From the NCBI GenBank assembly GCA_002730095.1, contig PBZE01000042.1, positions 623 to 64,622 of the forward strand: a stretch of DNA of 64,000 nucleotides, given 5' to 3'. Below the pieces are notes generated by a model that had not been told where the DNA came from, did not search any database, and saw only the letters and a program-made list of their open reading frames with translations. Made by a program: the position numbers and the translations under genes. This document shows, piece after piece, positions 34,799-48,510 of this stretch. Origin of the DNA: Methanobacteriota archaeon (GTDB lineage Archaea; Thermoplasmatota; Poseidoniia; Poseidoniales; Thalassarchaeaceae). Position 1 is the stretch's first letter, and the number at the start of each line of letters is the position of its first letter.

Positions 34799-35566
34799 CT
34801 AATCCTCCTTCGAGTAAACGTCATAGAATTGATTTCTTGACAAGCCTACTAGGCCCATTCCAGAAAGAGTAAAAAGTGGCCCTACAAATATCATCCCTCC
34901 ACTCCAAAGACTGAGGAAGGATAGCCACCATGTTTTACGATAGCTCCCTCCCTTGTTTGCTTCCAAAGCTCCAGCGATTCCCGCAAGACCAGTCAATAAC
35001 GCGAAGACTGCGAATATAGTTGCTATCAAAACCGATTCATCGAGATGGCTTTCCCCTGTCATATCAAGTTGGATTGGAGGCCCATCGCCCTCGATTAGTG
35101 TGACAGAAATTTGCGAGTGGTCACCTGGGATTAAAGAAATTCGAACTGTGACATTACCTGGGTGTTCTATTTCAAGTAGAACCGTCCTCCTAGGAACATC
35201 ACTGATTGAAAATCTACCGCTTGAGTCAGTAACATAGGTGCCAACTTCCAGTTCTTCTTCGTCAAATAAGGTAACTTCGACCCCTTCGACGCCATCTCCT
35301 CCAGATGAATTACCTACTAGTTCTGAAATTACAATTCCGTCAATATCTGCTGTCCCTCCAGACTCTTCCATCTGGCCCGAGAGGATATCACTTACGTTAC
35401 CCGAAATGAGCATGATTCCAATTACCATTCCCAATAAGCCGCCAATTCCAATCATTACTGCCCCGAGGTTTCTGGTTGCTGAATCGGTAGCGATATCTGA
35501 GAGCCACAATTCTAAGCCGTTCATTCCGTCAATTTCATCTTCATGGCCATCAATAATCGTACTCAC
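34799..35566 (-). CDS. Membrane protein with an extracytoplasmic carboxypeptidase-regulatory-like beta domain
   Basis: A TM helix near aa 35-55 is followed by VEGVEVTLFDEE...TDSSGRFSISDVP (CarboxypepD_reg-like pattern) and then 3 C-terminal TM helices. It overlaps the upstream gene end by 17 nt. Confidence 0.35.
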   Translation of the reverse strand: MSTIIDGHEDEIDGMNGLELWLSDIATDSATRNLGAVMIGIGGLLGMVIGIMLISGNVSDILSGQMEESGGTADIDGIVISELVGNSSGGDGVEGVEVTLFDEEELEVGTYVTDSSGRFSISDVPRRTVLLEIEHPGNVTVRISLIPGDHSQISVTLIEGDGPPIQLDMTGESHLDESVLIATIFAVFALLTGLAGIAGALEANKGGSYRKTWWLSFLSLWSGGMIFVGPLFTLSGMGLVGLSRNQFYDVYSKED

Positions 35567-36599
35567 CCCCTTCGCTCTGACCTAATGGTACAGCATTATG
35601 CTGTTCATCATGTCGATTATTAGATTCATGGTTCTTGCCCTCTTCCGTACTAGTCTTGGTGTAAGAAGTGGCAACTGAAAACAGGATCGCCAATAATAGT
35701 ACCATACCAAAGGAGGACCAAATCGAGTCTTCATTTTGTCCACAACCGTAGATGCAGATATTTTCTTCTGTTCCTGAAAGATTAGTCATTGAAACAAGAT
35801 ACATTGAAGACCAATTCTTCCCTGTTATCCAAAATTCTGAGGAGTTTTTATGTGCAATTCCGTTTAGGACATTATTGACTCCATTACCATTATTTGCAGA
35901 TAAAAATGAAGCATCAAAATCGCCTAGTAAAGTGCCATTTAATGGGTCGAATAGAACTATTCTATCGTCTTGCCAGATGTTTGCTAGAACTCTTGGCCCT
36001 TCTATTGTATTGATGCATTCGAGTTCATTTATCTTGCTAATATCGTTTCCGAAATCATCGGTTATGGACACCACTCTAAGAATTTCGAATGATTCTGGGT
36101 CCCTAATTGAAATGGAGGATGTCCCATTGGACATTACGAGTGATTCCCCATCAAAACAAATCCCCCATCCCTCTCCTTGGTATCTAAATGAAGAAACAAT
36201 TGAGAGGTTCTCAATATCAAAAACGTAAGCCACTTCACTCTTCCATGTTAACATAATTATGGTCTCGTTATACACCGTTATTCCCTCTGAGAAAATGGAT
36301 TCATTCATAGGAACCGATCTAATCACCTCGCCGGTCCACGGGTTGACTTCTCTCAGAGATGAGCTGCCATACAGGCCTGTGCTCTCATACAAACTTCCAT
36401 TGTGCATCTCGAGGCCTTGTGTGAATGCATTTTCATCATGATAATGTTCGCTCAGTAAAACGATTTCATAGTCCGCCGAAGTATCTGAATTGGGAACTGA
36501 TTCGGCCTGAAAAATGGGTAAAATCATACTCAAAAACACAAGTGAGGCTAGCATTAAACTGCCTCCCCCCGTACGACTCATGTATGAACGATGCTCCAT
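35550..36599 (-). CDS. Glutaminyl-peptide cyclotransferase (beta-propeller, plant/bacterial type), signal peptide plus C-terminal TM anchor
   Basis: FTQGLEMHNGSLYESTGLYGSSSLREV, FSEGITVYNETIIMLTWKS, EGWGICFDG, INELECI and VLANIWQ fit the glutamine cyclotransferase family pattern. It has an N-terminal signal (LVFLSMILPIFQA|ES) and a C-terminal helix (GMVLLLAILFSVATSY). Confidence 0.7.
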   Translation of the reverse strand: MEHRSYMSRTGGGSLMLASLVFLSMILPIFQAESVPNSDTSADYEIVLLSEHYHDENAFTQGLEMHNGSLYESTGLYGSSSLREVNPWTGEVIRSVPMNESIFSEGITVYNETIIMLTWKSEVAYVFDIENLSIVSSFRYQGEGWGICFDGESLVMSNGTSSISIRDPESFEILRVVSITDDFGNDISKINELECINTIEGPRVLANIWQDDRIVLFDPLNGTLLGDFDASFLSANNGNGVNNVLNGIAHKNSSEFWITGKNWSSMYLVSMTNLSGTEENICIYGCGQNEDSIWSSFGMVLLLAILFSVATSYTKTSTEEGKNHESNNRHDEQHNAVPLGQSEGGEYDY

Positions 36600-36648
36600 C
36601 GGTGTTAAAATACGTCTTAGAACCGATTCATTCTAGTTACAACACGGA

Positions 36649-39600
36649 GTGTTGAGTATGTTGGGTCGTGCGAATCGTTATTCTTCTAGTAGGGCCGTCA
36701 TTTTAGCGGCTCTTCTGATGGTGACAAGCTTGTCCCCAATGGCATTTGCAGATAATGCCAATGACGAGGCCATAGACCAAATTGTTGGCGACCTTAGTGA
36801 GTTTGATCCTGCGTCGGATGGGAAGCCGTATTTGTTCTCCGCGTCGCCAGTTCCAATATATTCGGCCACGGGATTTCTCAAATCTCAATGGAGATCTGAC
36901 GGCTATCCTGACTTGACCCTTCCATTCTCACAATCATACCTCAATTCTAGGAGTGCGACAAGAAATTGTGACAATGCATGGAGTGTTGGAGACACCAGTG
37001 ACGTCGCAACTGCTGGCGGGTCCATTTCTGCTACTGTACAAAAGATTTCGAGTAACTCCGCAATAATAGTTGAGGATGGCCAAGTGATACCTTCCACGAC
37101 TCTGAATGATATTGCCTCTACTTGGGAGTCGACGATTTTCCCCACGGTAACTAGCTACTTTGGGTCTACGCCAGACGTTGACAATAACTGTCAGGTAGAA
37201 ATCATAGTCTTCTCCATTGACGGAGCAGGGGGGATAGGGGGATATTTCGTCCCTGGGCTTTCATCTTCCACTGACTCACTATTCATCGATATTGACGACC
37301 TCAGTTGGAGGAACACTATAATTGCACATGAATTCCAACATCTCTTGCACAACGCGAGAGATCCCTTTGAGTTTATTTGGATAGATGAGGGTGCTGCTGA
37401 CATGGCCGCATACCTATGTTTTGGAGTCACCAGCACCCTTACGGGTCATGCTAATGCGTGGTCGCAGAATTCCAATATGAGCGTGAGATGGTGGAATCAG
37501 AGAATTGCCGATTATGGCGCTGGGTTCCTGTTCATGATGTACCTATCGGACAAGCTCGGAGGTGCTTCATCAATATCGGCATTGGTAGCCAATACTGATA
37601 CGGGAGGAAGTGCAATAGAGGATCTTGCATCCAATCCTCCTCCCGGTTCGACGCCCATTGGAACGACAATGAGTGATATTTTCGCCAATTTCACACTGGC
37701 TGTATCCATAGACAGTGAACAAGGCGCGTTTGGTTTCTCAAATCTAGATCTTAGTTCGGCCTGCACTTCTGCATTTATTTGCAAGGCCCAGATGAGTGGA
37801 TTCAACGATCAATGGGTGAATCCATGGACGAGCCCTCTGCAAGAGCTAGAGGGATGGGGGATGAGGGCTTACAAATTCAATCAAGGATCGGGTGCACCAC
37901 TGAATATCATGGCTCAACCCTCTGAATTTGGGTTTGAAGGTGCCTTGCTCGCTAAAGACAGCAGTACTGGAAGTTGGTCCATGAGCAGGATGAGGGTTGA
38001 TCAAGTCACTGGCTCCATTACTGGCTTGATTCATGGTTTTGGGACTGATGTTGATGAAGTCTGGATGACAACATGGTACGAGTCGTCTGTTGATGATTGT
38101 GATTATAATTATGCGACTTGTGGAATAACGAGTGGGGACTATCCGACTGCTACTGTCACCGTTCAGGCGATGCTAGTAACTGATCCTGCTGAAGTATCGA
38201 TAGATTCCATAGACGGATTCGACAGGGATGGAGATGGCCTGTCCGATAGTGTTCAGATGGACCTAGATGTTGTTTCTAATTCATTTTTCGAAATACTCGA
38301 AGTGACTGTGGATGCATTCTCAAATAATACACTCGTGGATACTAAAGTATTCACGGTGACAGCGGGAAATAGTATTGCGACGGAGAAGAGCATATGGTTC
38401 ACTCCGCCATATACCTCTGAGTGGACCTTTGGGGCAGAGGTCAGGGACGTGACATCGACTTTGGTGGATCAGGCTTTCTCATTGCCAATTCAACTAGCTA
38501 ACATGGAGCCTGTTGCGTCGATCTCTGTTTCCGTAAATTCTACTCAGACTTGGCTCCCAGTGAATATGTTCGGATCTGGTTATGATGAATGGGGCTTTGG
38601 AATGGAGAACGGGTCATTCTCTAACAATGAAACCCCTATTGCATATTTCTGGGACTTGGGGGATAATATTTCATCTACACTGAAAAATCCAGTGCATCGG
38701 TTTTTGGAGGCTGGTACATACCCGGTGGTCCTGACTGTTATGGATCAGGGGGGCTTCTACTCCGAATCACAGACATGGACTGTGGATGTTCAGGATACTA
38801 GTGATCCGATCCCAGAGATTTCTGTAGAAGGGGTAGTGGTTTCCGAAGAGTTGATCCTGATGACAAATCAACAGGTGATGTTTTCTGCCCTCGGAACTAC
38901 AGATAATCTTCCCCTTGAGGAGCTCTATTTTGAGTGGAACTGGGGAGATGGGGAGATAGAATCGGGGATCGGATTATACGAATCTAGTCATTCATGGGTC
39001 GATGGAAGTGCAGACGGCATAATCTACACTCTTTCTCTCCTGGTTAGCGATGGGATTCATGATGTCGAGCATACAATCTTCATCAGGGTCCTAAACAGAG
39101 TTCCTCAGCAGATTTTTGATAGTCAGCTTCAGACATACACTCTGACCCCACTCACTCTTCCGACATTATTCACAGACAGTGATGGAATGATAGTTAGCTA
39201 TGATTGGTCATTTGAAGAAGGAGTAAATCTTGACGGTAGCGGTATGGCAATGACCTCAGATTTCTCCCAACTATCATCTGATTTGGCTAATCCCGTAGTC
39301 GGATGGCTGACTCCGGGACTGAAGAATATAGGCCTGACGGTCACTGATGATGATGGAAACTCCACATCTGCCACCATCCAAGTTAATGTGATCAACCAGA
39401 GGCCGGTTGCGGTCTTCTCCAGGCCAATGGATGGGACAGTAGATACGACATATACATTCACTAGTTACTCTTTCGATCCTGATGGAGACTCGACTCAACT
39501 TTCCACCATCTGGACCATATCGGATCTTTCTGGCATAATCGAGAATACTACATCTGTAAGTCACACTTTCATGGAGCCCGGACTATACACGGTTTCACTA

Positions 39601-40761
39601 AGAGTCGTCGATGTACTTGGCCTTTCTTCGGCTGAGAAATCTTTTAGTTTGAGAATAGAAAATCCACTACCAGTCCCGATGATTGATTTCTCTTGTCCGA
39701 ATGTGAATGGGACAATATTGGATAGGGAGCCGACGGACGTTGAGCAAGTTATCTGGCAAGTCCCTTGGGTTGAAGGGGGAGGGGCCTTTGTTTCACCGAT
39801 GAGTCTCATCAAGTTTGATGGATCAGGTAGCTATGATTCCGATCCCGCTTTCAATGGAAAATCTTCAATGGACATTGAAGATCCAGAATGGAATGGAATT
39901 ACTAGATGGATTTGGGACTTCGGAGATGCGAGCCCGGCAGTCGAGGGAGGAGTTGTTTGGCATCAATATTCGATTCCCGGCACATATACAGTGACTCTCA
40001 CCGTAGTGGATGGATTTGAAGGGGGGGAGACGAACACCACTTCTATACAGGTAATTGTTTCGAAATCTCCTGTGATCATGACAGATAGACCAATTTCTTC
40101 TGATTACGTCAACATGGGAGATCCAGTTTACTTGAATTACAGTGTTTTTGATCAGGACTTAGAAGACGGCCTTGTGGCATGGATGGATTCTGATGCGTCG
40201 ATTGACACGGATGGGGATGGAGATTCCACTAACGACAGGGACATGACTCTGTCTGGAGACTTGGTGGTGAGATGGGATCTAGATGCAAGCAAGGACTCCG
40301 ACGGAGATGGCAATTACAAGAATGACTGGGACTGGAATCCTGAATCATGGAGTGAGGAAGGTGAAATTAGGATCACTATGCAGGTTTGTGATGCTGTGGA
40401 TGTTTGTGCAGAAAGAGACTACGTGATCACTGTACTATCGACAGAAGATGAGTATGTTCCCAAGTCATTATCGGACCTAACATGGGAGGACATAGTCCCC
40501 AATAGGGAGAGCGGTGGCCTTCTGGCACTCGTTGGACTAGTACTACTCCTAGGTTGGATAATAATGAGGCAGAAAGATGAAGAGGAGCTTGAAGCTGAGG
40601 ATATGATGGAGACATATGATGTCGATGAAGTTGAAGCGGATGGAGGACTCCCGGGGATGGATCAACACAAACCTCCTCCTCAGCCAAAGTATCTTTCGGA
40701 AGATGAACGCAGGGACACAGATTCTGGTTATGTACGCCCAATTAGAACTAGGAGGCGTTGA
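36649..40761 (+). CDS. Giant secreted zinc metalloprotease (HExxH) with multiple PKD-like domains and a C-terminal TM anchor
   Basis: The likely start is ATG 36655, with the signal ...SLSPMAFA|DN. The HEFQH site lies at nt 37326-37340 within IIAHEFQHLLHN...IDEGAAD (gluzincin-like, possibly M30-like). There are at least 5 PKD-like modules (WDLGDN...GTYPVVLTVMDQGG; WNWGDG; LTVTDDDGNS; GLYTVSLRVVD; WDFGDA...GTYTVTLTVVDG). DxDxDG loops follow, then a TM helix (LLALVGLVLLLGWIIM) and a ~70-aa charged tail. Confidence 0.75.
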   Translation: MLSMLGRANRYSSSRAVILAALLMVTSLSPMAFADNANDEAIDQIVGDLSEFDPASDGKPYLFSASPVPIYSATGFLKSQWRSDGYPDLTLPFSQSYLNSRSATRNCDNAWSVGDTSDVATAGGSISATVQKISSNSAIIVEDGQVIPSTTLNDIASTWESTIFPTVTSYFGSTPDVDNNCQVEIIVFSIDGAGGIGGYFVPGLSSSTDSLFIDIDDLSWRNTIIAHEFQHLLHNARDPFEFIWIDEGAADMAAYLCFGVTSTLTGHANAWSQNSNMSVRWWNQRIADYGAGFLFMMYLSDKLGGASSISALVANTDTGGSAIEDLASNPPPGSTPIGTTMSDIFANFTLAVSIDSEQGAFGFSNLDLSSACTSAFICKAQMSGFNDQWVNPWTSPLQELEGWGMRAYKFNQGSGAPLNIMAQPSEFGFEGALLAKDSSTGSWSMSRMRVDQVTGSITGLIHGFGTDVDEVWMTTWYESSVDDCDYNYATCGITSGDYPTATVTVQAMLVTDPAEVSIDSIDGFDRDGDGLSDSVQMDLDVVSNSFFEILEVTVDAFSNNTLVDTKVFTVTAGNSIATEKSIWFTPPYTSEWTFGAEVRDVTSTLVDQAFSLPIQLANMEPVASISVSVNSTQTWLPVNMFGSGYDEWGFGMENGSFSNNETPIAYFWDLGDNISSTLKNPVHRFLEAGTYPVVLTVMDQGGFYSESQTWTVDVQDTSDPIPEISVEGVVVSEELILMTNQQVMFSALGTTDNLPLEELYFEWNWGDGEIESGIGLYESSHSWVDGSADGIIYTLSLLVSDGIHDVEHTIFIRVLNRVPQQIFDSQLQTYTLTPLTLPTLFTDSDGMIVSYDWSFEEGVNLDGSGMAMTSDFSQLSSDLANPVVGWLTPGLKNIGLTVTDDDGNSTSATIQVNVINQRPVAVFSRPMDGTVDTTYTFTSYSFDPDGDSTQLSTIWTISDLSGIIENTTSVSHTFMEPGLYTVSLRVVDVLGLSSAEKSFSLRIENPLPVPMIDFSCPNVNGTILDREPTDVEQVIWQVPWVEGGGAFVSPMSLIKFDGSGSYDSDPAFNGKSSMDIEDPEWNGITRWIWDFGDASPAVEGGVVWHQYSIPGTYTVTLTVVDGFEGGETNTTSIQVIVSKSPVIMTDRPISSDYVNMGDPVYLNYSVFDQDLEDGLVAWMDSDASIDTDGDGDSTNDRDMTLSGDLVVRWDLDASKDSDGDGNYKNDWDWNPESWSEEGEIRITMQVCDAVDVCAERDYVITVLSTEDEYVPKSLSDLTWEDIVPNRESGGLLALVGLVLLLGWIIMRQKDEEELEAEDMMETYDVDEVEADGGLPGMDQHKPPPQPKYLSEDERRDTDSGYVRPIRTRRR

Positions 40762-40767
40762 ATCGAT

Positions 40768-41652
40768 ATGAAGGGCGGATTGAGGACTTTGTCCGTTGTG
40801 ACTAGCTTCTTCTTGCTTGCGCCTAATTTTTTCCTTGTTGCACTATTGATATTTTCTTCTTCTGCATCCGCACAGAGCTCGGGTTCCTGTGATGTACCTG
40901 CAGTGAATGACCCAACTACACGGGACATGATATCATTAGAGCCTGTTGAAGACAGCTGGTGGGATTCTGTAGAAGAGCCAAGATTTAATCTGGTGTCTGA
41001 TGTATTCACTGACTTCACTGTGGACAACGATTCAGCAACTGCCATTGGCATGAAGCTAGTACCTGGGCATATGTACACATTCTGCATTAGTATTTCGAGT
41101 AATCAGGATGACCCTCCACTAGATCCTAATTCTGACATCTACTTGATGACTGAACCGAATTGGGATAGATACAAGCTTGACTACGAACTTAGGGATGAAG
41201 TTGGTTTCTTCGACGCCTTTGACATGCTTCCGGTTGAGTGGAGGGACATGGATGACTGGCTCCCCTTCAGAGATGTTCATGCATATGAGGGAGTTACGTA
41301 CCAAGAGTTCTCGGTTGCTATTGACTCTAGCGGGTCTGGTTTCTTCGGAGGGGGTGACATACCGTACTACCTGGTCATTGATGGATGGAATAATCGGCGG
41401 CACACAAATACCGATGCTGCTGGAGGGGATGTTGATGTAGAGGTTCTGATAGATGTTGAAGATCGCTTGAATATTCCTAAATTCACTGCCACGCTATTGG
41501 TGGGTTCACTTCCTCTAGCTTGTATTATTGTGCCTATGATAATTCATTCCAGGTATATGTCGAACGGCAAGGAAGGGTCTGACGTAGAAGTAAGTCGCGA
41601 GGTCCCCTATCTAGATAAGGAGCAGAGTGACAAACGAGATTACGATGAATAA
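40768..41652 (+). CDS. Secreted, C-terminally TM-anchored protein of unknown function
   Basis: It has a signal-like N-terminus with a predicted AxA site (SSSASA|QSS), an acidic Trp-rich ectodomain, a TM helix (LLVGSLPLACIIVPMII) and a ~40-aa charged tail. It starts 6 nt after the protease gene. Confidence 0.4.
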   Translation: MKGGLRTLSVVTSFFLLAPNFFLVALLIFSSSASAQSSGSCDVPAVNDPTTRDMISLEPVEDSWWDSVEEPRFNLVSDVFTDFTVDNDSATAIGMKLVPGHMYTFCISISSNQDDPPLDPNSDIYLMTEPNWDRYKLDYELRDEVGFFDAFDMLPVEWRDMDDWLPFRDVHAYEGVTYQEFSVAIDSSGSGFFGGGDIPYYLVIDGWNNRRHTNTDAAGGDVDVEVLIDVEDRLNIPKFTATLLVGSLPLACIIVPMIIHSRYMSNGKEGSDVEVSREVPYLDKEQSDKRDYDE

Positions 41653-42437
41653 CCTAGTAGTTTCCATGCCGTTGTCAGATCTGATACGTTTATCTTTCCC
41701 GAATGAGATAGGTGCCAACCCACTTGCATTGTCGAGTATACCATCTTCTGGTTTAGCAGAGGAGCATGAATTCTGGACCAATCGCCTCCCGAACCAACAC
41801 CCATCATAGACATCTCAATCTCTGAGCCCCTCAATTCCCATGCGGCTTCAAATACTCTCAGTGCCCCTTCAAATCCTGAAATTGGATAGCACATCTTTAC
41901 CATGTCTCCATGACTGGAGTAATCTTCTACTTCTGCCACTATCTCACTTGCGGGAGGGGGATTCTCCTCAGAGTGGTGTGAGGCTATTATCTTGGTTTTC
42001 CCCGACGCCTTCTCCATCAATGATTTCCTATCTGATGCTGCAATGTCTACTTCCAGATCGACCCAGCTTACCTCACTCTCAATTGCTGTCCTCAGAACCT
42101 CGATTCTACTAGACTCGTCACCTGGGTAGTAACCTCCCTGTCTCTCTGGCCTGCATGTAAGTATCACGGGCAATTCTATTCCTTGCTTGAATGACGAAAG
42201 TGCTGATTTTAAATCCACGGAATCGAGGGGTTGGACCTGATACTCTATTTCCCTCCTAGGAGATTTTTTTGAATCACCGTCTTCCTCTGACTCCTCCATC
42301 TCTACTTCTCTTGTCCAAAGCTTATCGAGCCTCACCTCCACTAAATCAGCTCCAGCTGCAGTAGCTAAAGAGGCGTCCTTGAGCATCTCATCGACCGTGC
42401 ACCCAGTCAATACGACACACACCAGTGGCAGTTCCAT
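41640..42437 (-). CDS. aroD: 3-dehydroquinate dehydratase, type I
   Basis: It has CVVLTGCTVDEM...AGADLVEVRLD, KIIASHHSEENPP (catalytic Lys region) and MSMMGVGSGGDWSRI (MGxxGxxSR). It contains an acidic insertion (EMEESEEDGDSKK). Confidence 0.7.
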   Translation of the reverse strand: MELPLVCVVLTGCTVDEMLKDASLATAAGADLVEVRLDKLWTREVEMEESEEDGDSKKSPRREIEYQVQPLDSVDLKSALSSFKQGIELPVILTCRPERQGGYYPGDESSRIEVLRTAIESEVSWVDLEVDIAASDRKSLMEKASGKTKIIASHHSEENPPPASEIVAEVEDYSSHGDMVKMCYPISGFEGALRVFEAAWELRGSEIEMSMMGVGSGGDWSRIHAPLLNQKMVYSTMQVGWHLSHSGKINVSDLTTAWKLLGYSS

Positions 42438-42768
42438 TCAGTTCTTCGAACCTAGGATTCTGTTTAATCGTGTCGTGTCAACTGGGAATAGTAGTAACCC
42501 ATAATTTACTCTCCTCATCGAAGGATGGATTTGGCAAATTTGATCCCGATACGTGATTTATTATGGATAGAAAAACCATTCTCCAGTATGTTTCATAAGC
42601 CTCGTCTTGGGATTTTGAATAGTACACTATCATAGAATTAGGGGTATCTAGAAGAATGGTATATTGACTTTTTTCTCGGAGAGAATAAAGTAGTGAAAAT
42701 GAATGATTTTTACCGATATATTCGCAGGGTTGAATAACCCCCTACCACTAGATTATAGCATTATGATT

Positions 42769-47460
<4,692 letters not shown>

Positions 47461-47502
47461 CACCGTTCCACTTAAGCGGGGACCTCTAGTCGATAAGACG
47501 CT

Positions 47503-47589
47503 GCGGCAGTCGCATAGCCTGGCCATTGCGCTGGATTGCTAATCCAGTGGTGTTTCACCTCGGGAGTTCGAATCTCCCCTGCCGCGCCA
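47503..47589 (+). tRNA. tRNA-Ser (anticodon GCU), CCA encoded
   Basis: I hand-folded the cloverleaf. The 7-bp acceptor stem is GCGGCAG/CTGCCGC. The anticodon stem is CTGGA/TCCAG with loop TTGCTAA. There is a long variable arm (GGTG-TTT-CACC). The T-arm is GGGAG-TTCGAAT-CTCCC, followed by discriminator G and CCA. Confidence 0.9.
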
Positions 47590-47634
47590 TAAATTCTGGA
47601 CATCAGTTATCTGCTCGTACTATCTCGACAGAGT

Positions 47635-48492
47635 GTGGCAGGAGTTACAGAGGTAGCCTTTGTTACTATCTGCGCATTTATTTTAGGAGGAATAATCATC
47701 CTGAGGAGGCATTTTGCCATGTCGCCTTCTAACGATAGGTCTTGGGTCAATGATAACCAAAGACTCACCAATATTGAAATCAATGGCGATAAGGCTCACA
47801 TAAAGAATGTCAGGGACTTCAACTGGAGATCGACTAAAGATTTTGATGAACATTGGGTAGACATGTCGGTTGACTTGGATAAGGTCAGTAAGATTTGGTT
47901 TGTCCTAGAGTATTTCAGCCCTGAAAGGAAAGAAATGGCACACACCATATTGAGTTATGAATTTGAAGATGGCACCAGACTGGCATGCTCAATAGAAGTA
48001 AGGAAGAGAGAAGGGGCGCGTTATCACCCACTGAAAGGGGTCTTTAGAACGTACGAGTTGATCTATGTCTGGGGTACCGAACGTGATGTTATTGGAGTAA
48101 GATCGAGGTGCAGGAAGAAGTCCAAAACTCACTTATTCGAAGGAGTAGTACTTGGACCGGGGAACGAAAGGAGAATGCTGGAGTCGTACATTCGAAGAAC
48201 CAATAAACTAGCAAATGAGCCTGAATGGTACAATACTATCACCAACACCTGTACAACAAACATAGTTAATCATGTAAATGAAGTATATCCAGGAAGAGTG
48301 CCATGGGCAATAGGGATATTGATGCCCGGTTTAAGCCCTAAGATGTTACTCAGGAATAACTTGGTCAAGGCGTCTGGCAGTGTGGATGAGGCCATGGAGT
48401 CGAGCTTGATCGATTCAATCTCTGAAAAATGGGATTATTCCACTGATTTCGGAGATTGGATCAGGGGAGTGAATACGAGGATTGAACATTAA
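47635..48492 (+). CDS. DUF4105-like protein (Lnb N-terminal-domain-like), N-terminal TM helix
   Basis: The pattern IKNVRDFNWRS...IWFVLEYFSP...AHTILSYEF...SIEVRKREG..Y...YELIYVWGTERDVI...YNTITNTCTTNIV fits my recollection of DUF4105. The start codon is uncertain. Confidence 0.5.
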   Translation: MAGVTEVAFVTICAFILGGIIILRRHFAMSPSNDRSWVNDNQRLTNIEINGDKAHIKNVRDFNWRSTKDFDEHWVDMSVDLDKVSKIWFVLEYFSPERKEMAHTILSYEFEDGTRLACSIEVRKREGARYHPLKGVFRTYELIYVWGTERDVIGVRSRCRKKSKTHLFEGVVLGPGNERRMLESYIRRTNKLANEPEWYNTITNTCTTNIVNHVNEVYPGRVPWAIGILMPGLSPKMLLRNNLVKASGSVDEAMESSLIDSISEKWDYSTDFGDWIRGVNTRIEH

Positions 48493-48510
48493 TGAGCGTG
48501 ACGAGGGTGC

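Noticed and set aside
42525-42635. 36-codon ORF (MDLANLIPIRDLLWIEKPFSSMFHKPRLGILNSTLS) in the aroD-gyrB spacer.
   Set aside because: It has no recognisable motif, no convincing ribosome-binding or promoter context, and a length within random expectation for AT-rich sequence. It cannot be supported without conservation data.
47461-47634. I considered an integrated element at tRNA-Ser.
   Set aside because: There is no integrase, no repeat of the tRNA 3' end and no obvious composition shift nearby. The flanking genes (gyrA, aroA) are core genes.
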